64,000 nt of DNA from a bacterium (GCA_037130265.1 JBAXTI010000001.1:235086-299085); one strand, 5' to 3'; counted from the stretch's first letter, positions 28,778 through 39,081 are shown. Program-made: numbers and translations. The notes: generated by a model not told the origin, from the sequence alone.

Positions 28778-30004
28778 CTAGCCTCTCACCACTCTCCTCA
28801 ACCCCTCCGGAATATGTACGAGTAATTCGTATGGCGAAGCGTTGGCGCGGTCGGCCATTTGCAGGATCGAGTTGGTGTCGCGTGAGTCTGCACTGATCAG
28901 GGTGACTGGTGTACCGATTTTCATCAAATGTGCGGGGAGGTGCGAAATGTCGATGGTCGTAATATTCATACTCACGCGGCCGACAATGCGGCAGACAAAT
29001 TGCGCGACCTTCACGGTACCTTCATTGGAGAGCCGTCGGTCGATGCCTTCGTTGTATCCTGCCGGGATGGTGGCGATGGTCATATCTTTTGGCGCTTCAA
29101 AGGTGCCGTTGTATCCAAGAAGCGCGCCGCGCGGCACTTTTTTGGTAGAGCTAATGAGCGAGGTCATTTCGAGGACGGGTTTCAAACCGAGGCGGGCATC
29201 GCGCGGCGCACTCGTCGGGATCCCATACAATCCAAGACCAAGGCGCATCACATTGGCCTGAATCGTGCCGGCGTGAAAGAGGCCACTCGTCGCTGAGAGA
29301 TGAAAGAAGGCGAGTTGAGGGAAGGAGCTCGGCGACGCTTTTTGTTTTTCTTTTGTTGACGTCACTAGACTGTTCCACAGCATGATTTGCTTTCGAGTGT
29401 ATTCGGCATCGTCATTTTCACCATCTGCGAGATGTGAGCAGAGACCTTCGAGGCGGAGCATTTGGCGACCGTCTTCGTCCTTGGTCTGGCAGGTGAGGGC
29501 GAGTGCCTCGTCGAGCTCTTTTGGGTGGATGCCCTGGCGATGCATGCCGGTGTCGATTTTGATGTGGAAAGAAGTTGGGCGCGCGAGCGTCGGCGCGAGC
29601 GCGCGGAGTTGCTCCATGCTCGAAATAGTGAAGGCGACATTCTTCAGCCGATTGCGCACGATATTTTCATTGGCCGAAAAACCGATAATAAGCAGCGGCG
29701 TCACAACCCCTTCGTTGCGCAGGATCAACGCCTCGTGATATGAGTCTACCACCATGAAAGGCGCGGGCACGGGCGCCCCGGCCAACACTCCGGCCACCTC
29801 CAGCAAGCCGTGCCCATACGCATTGCTTTTGAGCACAGGCGCCACTGGCAGCTGGCTCGCCACTCGATATATTTCCAGATTGTGCAGCAAATGCTTCTTG
29901 AAGATCGCCACTTCCACCAGTGGGGTGTAGCGATTGCGATATGAGCGAAATCGTTTCAAGCCGGGCCGGAGCAAGGCCGTCAGTGCCGATAGGGTGAGAT
30001 TCAT
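28778..30004 (-). CDS. alr: Alanine racemase
   Basis: PVLKSNAYGHG (PLP Lys), HIKIDTGMHRQG, SHLA, RLGLGLY, GY and IVGRVSMN; start taken at MNLTLS. Confidence 0.95.
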   Translation of the reverse strand: MNLTLSALTALLRPGLKRFRSYRNRYTPLVEVAIFKKHLLHNLEIYRVASQLPVAPVLKSNAYGHGLLEVAGVLAGAPVPAPFMVVDSYHEALILRNEGVVTPLLIIGFSANENIVRNRLKNVAFTISSMEQLRALAPTLARPTSFHIKIDTGMHRQGIHPKELDEALALTCQTKDEDGRQMLRLEGLCSHLADGENDDAEYTRKQIMLWNSLVTSTKEKQKASPSSFPQLAFFHLSATSGLFHAGTIQANVMRLGLGLYGIPTSAPRDARLGLKPVLEMTSLISSTKKVPRGALLGYNGTFEAPKDMTIATIPAGYNEGIDRRLSNEGTVKVAQFVCRIVGRVSMNITTIDISHLPAHLMKIGTPVTLISADSRDTNSILQMADRANASPYELLVHIPEGLRRVVRG

Positions 30005-30137
30005 GTAGGGGAATGATAGCAGAAGGGGGCGGGAGAAGCTATACATGAGGCCAATTGGTCCGAAAAGGTCGATTTTACAGCAATTCATTGACAAAATAGG
30101 CCCATTTGAGCTATATTTGACGTCTAAACAACTACCC

Positions 30138-30293
30138 ATGTCACAAGAACGATTGATCCAACTCAAGAACAAGTCCACCGGCGAGGTGTATTGGAGCCGC
30201 AAGAACAAGAAGAAAGTCGAGCGCAAGATCGAGCTTTCGAAGTACAGCAAGAAGCTCCGCAAGCACGTGGTGTTCAAGGAGGCGAAGAAGTAG
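30138..30293 (+). CDS. rpmG: 50S ribosomal protein L33 (Zn-free form)
   Basis: MSQERLIQLK...YWSRKNKK....IELSKY....RKHVVFKE; no cysteines. Confidence 0.93.
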   Translation: MSQERLIQLKNKSTGEVYWSRKNKKKVERKIELSKYSKKLRKHVVFKEAKK

Positions 30294-30357
30294 TCTCGAA
30301 TTCAGGGATATTGAGAGAGCCGCCGTAAGGCGGTTTTCTTCTTGGTATAATTGAATA

Positions 30358-31019
30358 GTGAAGAAGAAAACTGAGCAACAAAAAGCGGCCCGAATCTTGC
30401 GAAAAAAGGGGTATTCGATGTCGGAGATCGCTGTCAAATTAATGGTGTCGCAAAGCTCTATATCTCTATGGACAAAGGACATTATGCTTTCTCCGGTGGC
30501 GCAAAAGAGAATCCATTCCATTGTCCTTTCAAGAAGAGAGACCGTGTCGAACACATTAAGAAGGAAGAAAAGGAATCGACTGGAACTAGCTGATAGTGTT
30601 GCAGCTGGGGAAATGCACCTTGGGGTATCTTCTTTGCGTCCGAATATGTTTTCGGTACTCGCCATGATCTATTTTTGTGAAGGAAATAAAATGATAGTAA
30701 TGTTGGTTTCACTAATTCTGATCCGGAATTAATGCGACTTTTCATTCAGTTATTGAGAAAATGTTTCTCTTTGGATGAGTCGAAGTTCAGGGCCTGTCTG
30801 CACGCTCATGACTATCATGATATCGAAAGGCAGAAAGCGTTTTGGTCTGAGGTGACGAATATTCCGCTGAAACAGTTTACAAAAACCTATAACAAGAAAA
30901 GCGCTCACGTATTCAAAAAACCAGGATATCAAGGGTGTCTGAGGATAAATTACTACGACGCGCACGTGGCGCGCGTGCTTCTGGCGTTTGCAAAAAAGCT
31001 CATGAAACACTATAGTTAA
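30358..31019 (+). pseudogene. HTH plus single LAGLIDADG-like protein, split by a 1-nt frameshift near 30688-30691
   Basis: HTH (LRKKGYSMSEIAVKL.VSQSSISLW) and IYFCEGNK; adding one A to the A4 run gives GNK-NDSNVGFTNSDPELMRLF, joining the two ORFs. May be a sequencing indel. Confidence 0.75.
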
Positions 31020-31027
31020 TCCTCGAA

Positions 31028-31101
31028 GGGCGATTAGGTAAGTGGTATACCGGCGGACTCCAAACCCGCATTCGGAGGTCCGATTCCTCCATCGCCCGCC
31101 A
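31028..31101 (+). tRNA. tRNA-Trp(CCA)
   Basis: Acceptor GGGCGAT/ATCGCCC, G discriminator plus CCA, anticodon loop CTCCAAA; atypical T-loop TCCGATT. Confidence 0.88.
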
Positions 31102-31106
31102 ACTTA

Positions 31107-31961
31107 GTGGAAGAAATACTCCAGCAAAAGATCTTGCAATTTAAGCAGCCTCATCGCCAGGCTTTTTCGCGACGATACCCACTCCTGCTCCCGCTGATTA
31201 TTTTTGTGAAAAGGCTGCTGAAGCGGGCGAAAAATTGGCGGACGATTGGTCGGCCGCTCAAAAAAGCCGACTACTTGCCCTGCGTGGCCGCGCGACACTC
31301 ATCGCTACTGTACCGCAAGCTCGGCAGCTCTGATCCGGCGTTGCAGATCGGCAAGGTGCACAATCTGAAGCTGGCTGTGGCACGGATAGATCGCATCGTG
31401 ATTCGGCCCGGCAAGACCTTTTCGTTTTGGCATCAGATTGGTTCGACTGGTAAGCGACAAGGATATGTCGATGGTCTTGTGTTGTCGAACGGTATTGCGG
31501 GAAAAGGAGTTGGCGGCGGTCTCTGTCAGCTTGCCAACTTCCTCTATTGGATCGTCCTGCACACGGATGTTGAAATCGTCGAAAGACATCACCATTCCAT
31601 TGATGCCTTTCCGGACTCCGGTCGCACGCTTCCATTTGGTAGTGGTGCGACCGTCTTCCACAATTACATCGATCTGCAAATAAAAAATGTGTCGCAACAC
31701 CCGCTCCAGATCAAGCTATGGTTCACCGACGAATGTCTGAAGGGTCAGATCCTTTCGGACGTGCCGCAGGAAAAGAAATTTCATGTTATCGAAAAGAATC
31801 ACTGTTTCGTGCGCTCTGGCACCGATGTGTTTCGGTACAACGAGTTGTATCGCGAGACTCGCGTGAAGGGCGAATTGGTGAAGGAAGAACAGATTGTGGT
31901 GAACTTTGCGCCGGTGAAGTACGCACTCTCTACTTCAGAAAACGTGATACAGATTTCATAA
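31107..31961 (+). CDS. VanW family protein
   Basis: NLKLA...ID..VIRPGKTFSFW, GGGLCQ, ERHHHS and ATV..NYIDL..KN. Confidence 0.88.
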   Translation: MEEILQQKILQFKQPHRQAFSRRYPLLLPLIIFVKRLLKRAKNWRTIGRPLKKADYLPCVAARHSSLLYRKLGSSDPALQIGKVHNLKLAVARIDRIVIRPGKTFSFWHQIGSTGKRQGYVDGLVLSNGIAGKGVGGGLCQLANFLYWIVLHTDVEIVERHHHSIDAFPDSGRTLPFGSGATVFHNYIDLQIKNVSQHPLQIKLWFTDECLKGQILSDVPQEKKFHVIEKNHCFVRSGTDVFRYNELYRETRVKGELVKEEQIVVNFAPVKYALSTSENVIQIS

Positions 31962-32883
31962 TTTCTTCGTCCGTTCCACTCCCAAACCACTGAATCCGCT
32001 TGTTCCGCTTGAACCACGCGAGCTGACGTTTGGCGTAATGCCAGATCTCGAAGCCTAGACGTTCGATCATCTCTTCTCGAGTGATCTTTTGCTGGAGAAA
32101 AAGTGCAAGGTAGCGATATTCGAGACCGAGTTCTTCCATCCGTTTCCATGAAAGGTTGGCGACTCCGGTGGAGCTAGCGGTTGCGCCATCATGCAGCTTC
32201 TGTGCCTCTTCAGTCATGCCTTGTTTCTCGATACGGTCGGTGAGTCGGGTCTGAATTTTTGCGCGCAATGTCTCGGCGTCGGGATTGATACCGATGAAGA
32301 GTGGGTCGTATGGCGAGGAATCAACAGAGCCATCGGCGTTCTTAGTAGTGGAAAGCTCAGGCACTTTTCCCAGTGCGCTCGCAATCTCGATTGCACGAAT
32401 CACTCGGCGCAGGTTGTGCGGGTCAATCGCTTCGGCGCGCTCCGGGTCGAGTGCTTTTAGTTGGGTCACCAACGCCGCAGGATCTTTTTTGCCAATCTTG
32501 GCGAGCTCGGCACGCAATGTTGGATTTGGTGGTACATCGGGAAACACGATACCATCCACGAGTGCGTCGATATAGAAGCCGGTACCGCCGCAAATAATCG
32601 GCAGTTTGCCTCGCTTCGCGATGTCTGCGATCGCCCTAGCCGCCAATTTCTTGTATCGCTCCACTGTGAACTTCCGCAACGGGGAAGCGACATCGAGTAG
32701 ATGGTGCGGCACGTCCTGCATTTCGGTGAGCGTTATTTTGCCGGTGCCCACATCGAGCCCTTTGTACACTTGTCGTGAATCTGCAGAGATCACTTCGCCA
32801 TTAAACTGCTTCGCCAGGCGCACCGCTAGATCGCTCTTGCCAGAAGCGGTTGGGCCGACGACCACGAGAATCTTTACTGTCAT
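31930..32883 (-). CDS. miaA: tRNA dimethylallyltransferase
   Basis: GPTASGKS, ISADSRQVY, GGTGFY, N.RRVIRAIEI and YAKRQLAWF. Confidence 0.96.
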   Translation of the reverse strand: MTVKILVVVGPTASGKSDLAVRLAKQFNGEVISADSRQVYKGLDVGTGKITLTEMQDVPHHLLDVASPLRKFTVERYKKLAARAIADIAKRGKLPIICGGTGFYIDALVDGIVFPDVPPNPTLRAELAKIGKKDPAALVTQLKALDPERAEAIDPHNLRRVIRAIEIASALGKVPELSTTKNADGSVDSSPYDPLFIGINPDAETLRAKIQTRLTDRIEKQGMTEEAQKLHDGATASSTGVANLSWKRMEELGLEYRYLALFLQQKITREEMIERLGFEIWHYAKRQLAWFKRNKRIQWFGSGTDEEIMKSVSRFLK

Positions 32884-32967
32884 TGGTGCCAGGGGGGAGA
32901 CTTGAACTCCCATGCCTTACGGCGGTCGATTTTGAGTCGACTACGTATACCATTTCGTCACCCTGGC
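32884..32967 (-). tRNA. tRNA-Leu(CAA)
   Basis: Anticodon arm GTCGA-CTCAAAA-TCGAC, variable arm, encoded CCA abutting the miaA ATG. Confidence 0.95.
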
Positions 32968-33101
32968 GAATATTCCAACCCGTCCAAATGTGCGTCTGAA
33001 AAACCTAGCCCAGTGTAGCAATTTTGGCCAAAAAATCAATTTTCCTCGATATTCACACGGGCAACCATCATTCGCTACCGCTCCATGTTAGAATACCTCA
33101 C

Positions 33102-34160
33102 ATGACCCCTCCCGCATCACAATTCTTCAGCGACTCCATTTTCTGGATCGACATCGACAAGGTAAGTCCGAACCCGTTTCAGCCACGAAAGGAGTTCGAC
33201 GAGTTGCGTCTCAAAGACCTTGCCGAATCTATCCGCATGTACGGCATTCTCCAACCGCTCGTGGTCACCCGCAAAGAGGTCGTGAAGGCCGATGGGGGCC
33301 TCTCCACCGAATACGAGCTCATCTCTGGTGAGCGCCGTCTCCGTGCCTCAAAGCTTGCGGGCCTCAGCCAGGTGCCGACCCTCATTCGTGCATCAGAAGA
33401 GAGTGACCGTGTGAAGCTCGAGCTTGCGATCATCGAAAACCTCCAGCGCGAAGACCTCAACGCTGTCGACCGCGCTCGCGCTTTCCAGCGTCTTGTTGAA
33501 GAGTTCAAATTTAAGCACGGCCAAATCGCCGAGAAGATGGGGAAGAGTCGCGAGTATGTCACCAACACCCTTCGCCTCCTTTCAATGCCACCAGACTTGC
33601 TTGAGGCGCTTTCGATGGGGCGTATTTCCGAGGGTCATGCCCGACCGCTCATGATGCTCAATGATCGTCCCGAGGAGCAGACCGTTTTGTTTAAGGAAAT
33701 CATTTTGAAGAAGCTCACTGTACGTGAAGCCGAGGCTATTGCCCGACGCGTTGCCTTTGACAAGATCCGCAAGAAGGAGCGGATGATTGCTCCAGATATT
33801 ATCGAGATGGAAGAGAAGCTCACCGAGACTCTTGGCACTCGCGTGCACATCGAACAGCGCGACAAGGGTGGCAAGATTACCATCGACTACTTCGGACCAG
33901 ACGATCTTCGTACGCTCATGGAATTGATACACAAGAAGACATTGGCCGGGGTGATTTCTGTCGCACCTGTGGCGGCACGTGCGGCGCCGATTGTGCCTGT
34001 CACACCGGTTCTTGGTGCTGCTGAGGCTGTGAATACCGAAGCTGTAGTCTCTGATGCTGTCACTGAGCCAGAAGCTCCGCTCGACGATCGTAGTGTCGAT
34101 GAAAAGAAAGCCGATGAAAATGACGAAAACTTGTACTCGGTAAATAACTTTGTTGTATAG
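33102..34160 (+). CDS. parB: ParB/Spo0J partition protein
   Basis: PNPFQPRKEF, GILQPL, LISGERRLRA, IIENLQREDL and HTH. Confidence 0.93.
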   Translation: MTPPASQFFSDSIFWIDIDKVSPNPFQPRKEFDELRLKDLAESIRMYGILQPLVVTRKEVVKADGGLSTEYELISGERRLRASKLAGLSQVPTLIRASEESDRVKLELAIIENLQREDLNAVDRARAFQRLVEEFKFKHGQIAEKMGKSREYVTNTLRLLSMPPDLLEALSMGRISEGHARPLMMLNDRPEEQTVLFKEIILKKLTVREAEAIARRVAFDKIRKKERMIAPDIIEMEEKLTETLGTRVHIEQRDKGGKITIDYFGPDDLRTLMELIHKKTLAGVISVAPVAARAAPIVPVTPVLGAAEAVNTEAVVSDAVTEPEAPLDDRSVDEKKADENDENLYSVNNFVV

Positions 34161-34172
34161 AGGCTTGCGCCG

Positions 34173-36554
34173 CTATACCAACTTGTGCGGATTGTGATTT
34201 GGACAAGTCTTGTCTGAGCAGCGTTCAGGGATGGTCTTCGTGCCGGCCATCATGAGGGCTCCACAAGGGGTGAGACCTTTGCCATCGCCTTTGTCACGGC
34301 CATGTGCACAGATATTGCCAGTCGGCTTGGCTTTGATCGCATTCTTGCACTTCGGATAGTTCGAACAGCTGTAGAAGAGTCCAAAGCGGCCGCGGCGCTC
34401 GGTCATCATGCCGGTGCCACACATTGGGCAGGCGACGCCAGTAGAGTTTTGGCGTTCGAGCTCGGCGTCTTTCTTGATAAACTTGCACTTCGGATACAGG
34501 TTGCAACAAATAAATTTGCCGAAGCGACCCTCGCGCTCGATGAGCTTGCCCTTGCCACATTCCGGACACGCCTCGCCGGTTTCTTTTGGACCCGCGAGCT
34601 CCTTGCCTTCGAAGGTGCGCGCGCCCGTACATTCTGGGAACTTTGCACAACTCAAAAACTTGCCGGTTCGTCCGAGTTTGATGATCATGTCGCCGCCGCA
34701 GATCGGACACTTGAATTCTGCCGGTGCATCGCCGAGGTTGGTAACCTTCGCGGTCTTTTCTTTCGCTTTGATATCTTTTTGAAACGGCGTATAGAAATTC
34801 TTTAGCGTTTTTTCATACTCCGCCTTGCCGAGTGCGATGTCGTCGAGCTTGTCTTCCATGTCGGCAGTGAAGGTGTCGCTGATGTATTCAGCAAAGTTTT
34901 CTTCGAGGAACGAGCTCACCACGTCGCCAGTGTCAGTCGGCTTCAAGGCTTTTTGCTCCTTCACGACGTACTCGCGCTCTTCGATGGTCTTGATGATGGA
35001 TGCGTAGGTCGATGGTCGGCCGATGCCGCGCTTCTCGAGCTCCTTCACAAGGCCCGCTTCAGAATATCGGCCCGGTGGTTCGGTAGTCTTGGCGTCGGTC
35101 TTCATGGCGATGAGTGAAAGCGCCTCGTCTTTCGCAACCTTCGGCACTTCGACATCCTCACCACGTGCTTCAGGATCCGCCGCAATCCAGCCGGGGAACA
35201 ACACACGTGAGCCGTTGATGGTGAAGTCCGGAATCTCCTTTGCGCCGAGCTTCGCAAGTACCTCCGCCGTAATATTGGCCGTGACCTTGGTGCGCATGAT
35301 GCGTGCGTCCGACATTTGTGAGGCGACAGTGCGCTGCCAGATCAGTTCATACAAAGCCTCCTGCTCGGGTGCTGAGCCGGCGGTGCGCTGGCCGATGTTT
35401 GTCGGTCGAATCGCCTCGTGCGCTTCCTGTGCATTCTTGCTCTTGGTCGTGAAGACACGCGGACTGAGATATTCCTTGCCCCAAGTGCTTTCGATGGTCG
35501 AATAGATCTGCGTCAAGGCCTGCTGACTAAGATTGGTACTGTCGGTACGCATGTAGCTGATATGTCCGGCCTCGTACAGCTTCTGCGCGATACCCATGGT
35601 ACGGGAAGGAGCGTAGCCGAGACGAGAGCTCGCGGCCTGTTGAAGTGTCGAAGTAATGAACGGTGCTTTCGGTGAACGCTTGGTGTCGGTCTCGGAAATA
35701 TCGGAAATGTACCAGCCATTTTGCTCGCCAGCTTTAGTGCCGACATCAACAATTCGCTCCATTTCTTTTTGATCGCGAGGCTCTTCGACGCAGGTCACGG
35801 TGAAGGCGGGAGCAGCGGCACTCGATGTGCCAGAGGATTTCTTGCCCGCACCGTTTGTGCTCACGCCCGTCGGCTGTACTTCGGCACTAATCACCCAAAA
35901 TGCTTCCGGGATGAAGGCGCGGATTTCGCGTTCGCGTTCCATGATGATTCGCAAGGCAGGGGATTGCACACGGCCGGCAGAGAGACCGTAGCGGACCTTC
36001 TTCCAGATGAGGCCAGAGAGGTCGTATCCCACGAGTCGGTCGAGTACGCGGCGGGCTTCCTGGGCACGGCGGAGATTTTCATCGATCTCACGCGGATGTT
36101 CCATCGCCTCTTTTACGGCGTCCTTGGTGATTTCGTGAAAGACGATACGCTTTGGGTTTTTTAATTTCAACGCCTCCTTAATGTGCCAAGCGATAGCCTC
36201 ACCCTCTCGATCGGGGTCGGTTGCAAGGAGTACTTCTGAAGCTGTTTCGGCAAGTTCGGTCAATTCCGCGATTACTTTTTCCTTGCCTTTGGAAATTTCA
36301 TAGTGGGGAATGAAGCCGCCGGGGATGTCGATCGCTTTCTTGTTATTCTTCGGCAGGTCGCGAACATGTCCGACCGATGCACGCACGGTGTACTCGCCAT
36401 CGAGGTACTTTGAAATCGTTTTCGCTTTCGCCGGAGACTCGACGATGAGCAATTTCTTCCCGGTTTTTCGAGAAAAGCCTCGTGTTGCTGGCGCGTCTTC
36501 CGCCGCGACTTTTATTTTTCCGGAAGATTTTTTTGTTGAAACTTTTTGTGCCAT
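34173..36554 (-). CDS. topA: DNA topoisomerase I
   Basis: LIVESPAKAKTI, ATDPDREGEAI, SAGRVQS, catalytic ISYMRTDS and C-terminal Zn ribbons. Confidence 0.97.
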   Translation of the reverse strand: MAQKVSTKKSSGKIKVAAEDAPATRGFSRKTGKKLLIVESPAKAKTISKYLDGEYTVRASVGHVRDLPKNNKKAIDIPGGFIPHYEISKGKEKVIAELTELAETASEVLLATDPDREGEAIAWHIKEALKLKNPKRIVFHEITKDAVKEAMEHPREIDENLRRAQEARRVLDRLVGYDLSGLIWKKVRYGLSAGRVQSPALRIIMEREREIRAFIPEAFWVISAEVQPTGVSTNGAGKKSSGTSSAAAPAFTVTCVEEPRDQKEMERIVDVGTKAGEQNGWYISDISETDTKRSPKAPFITSTLQQAASSRLGYAPSRTMGIAQKLYEAGHISYMRTDSTNLSQQALTQIYSTIESTWGKEYLSPRVFTTKSKNAQEAHEAIRPTNIGQRTAGSAPEQEALYELIWQRTVASQMSDARIMRTKVTANITAEVLAKLGAKEIPDFTINGSRVLFPGWIAADPEARGEDVEVPKVAKDEALSLIAMKTDAKTTEPPGRYSEAGLVKELEKRGIGRPSTYASIIKTIEEREYVVKEQKALKPTDTGDVVSSFLEENFAEYISDTFTADMEDKLDDIALGKAEYEKTLKNFYTPFQKDIKAKEKTAKVTNLGDAPAEFKCPICGGDMIIKLGRTGKFLSCAKFPECTGARTFEGKELAGPKETGEACPECGKGKLIEREGRFGKFICCNLYPKCKFIKKDAELERQNSTGVACPMCGTGMMTERRGRFGLFYSCSNYPKCKNAIKAKPTGNICAHGRDKGDGKGLTPCGALMMAGTKTIPERCSDKTCPNHNPHKLV

Positions 36555-36639
36555 TGGTGCTAAGTATTACATTAAGGAGCGGAACGTGGCAAGTTTGTGT
36601 CTGATAAAAGTGGGGGCGAGGTATCTCACGATGTTTTTC

Positions 36640-36698
36640 AGTACCTGCGGATTTGTCATACTTTCCTCATACTTTCGTATGACAAATCCGCAGGTACT
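36640..36698. repeat. Perfect 22-bp inverted repeat between dprA and topA
   Basis: AGTACCTGCGGATTTGTCATAC, 15-nt loop, GTATGACAAATCCGCAGGTACT; T-run follows on the + strand. Confidence 0.85.
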
Positions 36699-36748
36699 TT
36701 TTTTTTGCTTCGTCGCCACCATCCTGAATTTTTCTTGAGCATTGCCGA

Positions 36749-37720
36749 TCATTTTTTACGAATTTCATTGAAGCCGGCAACGACTAATTTCTTTATTTCG
36801 AGCAGCGATATCGTGACATTGGTCTCCGAAGCACTCCAGCCGAGCTCTTCGATAAGGCGGTCTCGGGTCTTGGGATGGCTGAGGCAATTTAGAAGGCGGT
36901 TTTCCGCTATGGTGAGGTCGGCGGGCTTCACGCGAGTGCTTGCACGAGCTTTTCCTCGAATCTTCTCGACCTCAAATCCAAGCGCGACCAACACCTCGTG
37001 TGCACAGGTTACCGGGGCCGCACCTTTCGAGATGAGAAAGTGTGGGCCGGCTGCGTGCTCTGAGAAGATCGAGCCGGGTACGGCGAGAATGTCACGATTT
37101 TGATCGGTGGCGAGCTGGCTAGTGATGAGGGTGCCGCTGGGGCGCTTGGCTTCGATCACGAGCGTGGCGTGCGACAGTCCGGACATGATGCGATTGCGTG
37201 CGGGAAAATGATACGGAGCAGGGCGGGTGCCAGGAGGGTTTTCCGATACGAGGCAGCCGCCCTCGGCGAGGATGCGGCGCGCGATATGTTGATTTGAGGC
37301 GGGGTAGATAGAGTCGTCGTCGAGACCTGAGCCGAGGACAGCGACGGTCTTCAGACCGGCGAGTATGGCGGCTTCATGGGCAATGCCGTCGATGCCAAGG
37401 GCGAGGCCGGAGACTATGGTGATGGGGTAGCCGCGAAGTCCTGCGATGATCATTTCGCAGGCTTCGCGGCCATATGGTGTGTATTGTCGCGAGCCGATCA
37501 CGCAGAGGAGCTTTCGGCCACCAATCATGCTGCCCGAGCCGATCATACTGCCCATACCGCTCATGCTGCCAACACAACCCTCGGCATATCCATGAAGTAG
37601 ACTCTCGTCCCCTCTACTATAGAGTCGTTTTGGTCGGCCGGTGATCTCCTTGAGCTGGCGGGGCAGTTTGTCGGCAGAAAGCTCCTCGATTGGGTATTTT
37701 GGCGAAATTTCGTGTTCCAT
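36749..37720 (-). CDS. dprA: DNA-processing protein DprA
   Basis: IGSR..TPYG, IVSGLALGIDGIAH, FPARNRIMSGLS and SGTLIT; adjacent to topA. Confidence 0.95.
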   Translation of the reverse strand: MEHEISPKYPIEELSADKLPRQLKEITGRPKRLYSRGDESLLHGYAEGCVGSMSGMGSMIGSGSMIGGRKLLCVIGSRQYTPYGREACEMIIAGLRGYPITIVSGLALGIDGIAHEAAILAGLKTVAVLGSGLDDDSIYPASNQHIARRILAEGGCLVSENPPGTRPAPYHFPARNRIMSGLSHATLVIEAKRPSGTLITSQLATDQNRDILAVPGSIFSEHAAGPHFLISKGAAPVTCAHEVLVALGFEVEKIRGKARASTRVKPADLTIAENRLLNCLSHPKTRDRLIEELGWSASETNVTISLLEIKKLVVAGFNEIRKK

Positions 37721-37782
37721 TCCAGAATTGTACGATTTCTGATATGATGAAAACAAGTAAAAACTTCATTTTTTCTTGAACA

Positions 37783-39081
37783 ATGCTTGATATTAAATTC
37801 ATCAGGGAGAATACCGAGCTTATACAGCTTGCTGCAAAGCGGAAATCAGTACCATTCGATGTCACTGCATTGATCAGTGTTGATGACAAGCGCCGTGAGC
37901 TCATGACCTCGCTCGAAAAGAAGCGTGCGGAGCAAAACGCGTACAACGAGCGCATTGTGAAGGCTGCGACTTCGGCTGACCCGAATGAACGCGCCACCCT
38001 CATTGCACAGATGAAGACGCTCAAGGACAGCATGCAGGCCGAGGAAGAGGCGCTCAAGGTGGTGATGAAAGAGTGGCAGGCGCTAATGGTACAGGTGCCA
38101 AATATTCCGGATATGTCTGTGCCGGACGGCAACAGTGATGCGGAGAACAAAGAGGTGAAGGCTTGGGGCGAGATTCCAAAGTTTGATTTTGCGCCAAAGA
38201 GCCATATCGAGCTCATGGAGGCGCTCAATCTCTGTGATTTTGACCGCGGTACTAAATTGGCCGGCTTCCGAGGCTATGTTTTGAAGAATGATGCGGTACT
38301 TCTCAATTTTGCTCTCTGGCAATTTGTGCTTGAGATGTATACCAAAAAAGGTTTCTCTCCAGCCATGGTGCCATCACTTGTGAACAAGAATCTGCTCATG
38401 GGCACCGGCTATCTCCCACAGGGTGAGGAGGATTTATACAAAACACAAGACACTACCTATCTCGCAGGCACTGGTGAGGTGGCGGCGATGGGATATCACA
38501 TGGATGAAGTACTCGACAAGTCTCAGCTCCCAGAAAAAACACTCGCTTTTTCTCCGTGTTTCCGACGCGAAGCTGGTGCACATAGCAAAGACACCAAGGG
38601 CGTGAAACGTGTGCATGAATTTTTCAAATTTGAACAAGTGATCCTCTGCGAGGCGAGCCACGAGACTAGCGTCGCACTTCATGAAGAGCTTCTCGCCAAT
38701 GTCGAGGAGATGATGCAGGCGCTCAATATTCCATACCACGTCGTACTCAACTGTGCCGGCGACCTCGGTCTTGGCCAGGTGAAGAAATACGATGTCGAAG
38801 CGTGGGTACCGTCCCAGAAGGCGTGGTGTGAGACACATTCATGTTCATATTTCCATGACTTCCAGACCCGCCGACTCAATATTCGATACAAGGATGCGGA
38901 GGGCAAAATGCGATTTGTGCACTCGCTCAACAACACAGCGCTCGCCAGCCCACGAATCCTCATCCCAATTCTCGAAAACAATCAACAGGCCGACGGATCG
39001 ATCAAGATTCCGCAGGTTCTCCAGAAATATATGGGCGGTCGCACTGTCATTCCTGCCACGCCAGCTAACGGGAATAACTAA
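37783..39081 (+). CDS. serS: Serine--tRNA ligase
   Basis: MLDIKFIREN, CFRREAG, RVHEF.K.EQ, DFQTRRLNIRY and HSLNNT. Confidence 0.96.
   Translation: MLDIKFIRENTELIQLAAKRKSVPFDVTALISVDDKRRELMTSLEKKRAEQNAYNERIVKAATSADPNERATLIAQMKTLKDSMQAEEEALKVVMKEWQALMVQVPNIPDMSVPDGNSDAENKEVKAWGEIPKFDFAPKSHIELMEALNLCDFDRGTKLAGFRGYVLKNDAVLLNFALWQFVLEMYTKKGFSPAMVPSLVNKNLLMGTGYLPQGEEDLYKTQDTTYLAGTGEVAAMGYHMDEVLDKSQLPEKTLAFSPCFRREAGAHSKDTKGVKRVHEFFKFEQVILCEASHETSVALHEELLANVEEMMQALNIPYHVVLNCAGDLGLGQVKKYDVEAWVPSQKAWCETHSCSYFHDFQTRRLNIRYKDAEGKMRFVHSLNNTALASPRILIPILENNQQADGSIKIPQVLQKYMGGRTVIPATPANGNN

Noticed and set aside
30005-30277. Long N-terminal extension of alr in the ORF track
   Set aside because: Overlaps rpmG on the opposite strand; racemase-like sequence begins only after the Met at 30004.
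28778-31961. Vancomycin resistance cluster (alr plus vanW)
   Set aside because: No vanA/B ligase, vanH, vanX or vanRS; VanW-domain genes occur widely on their own.
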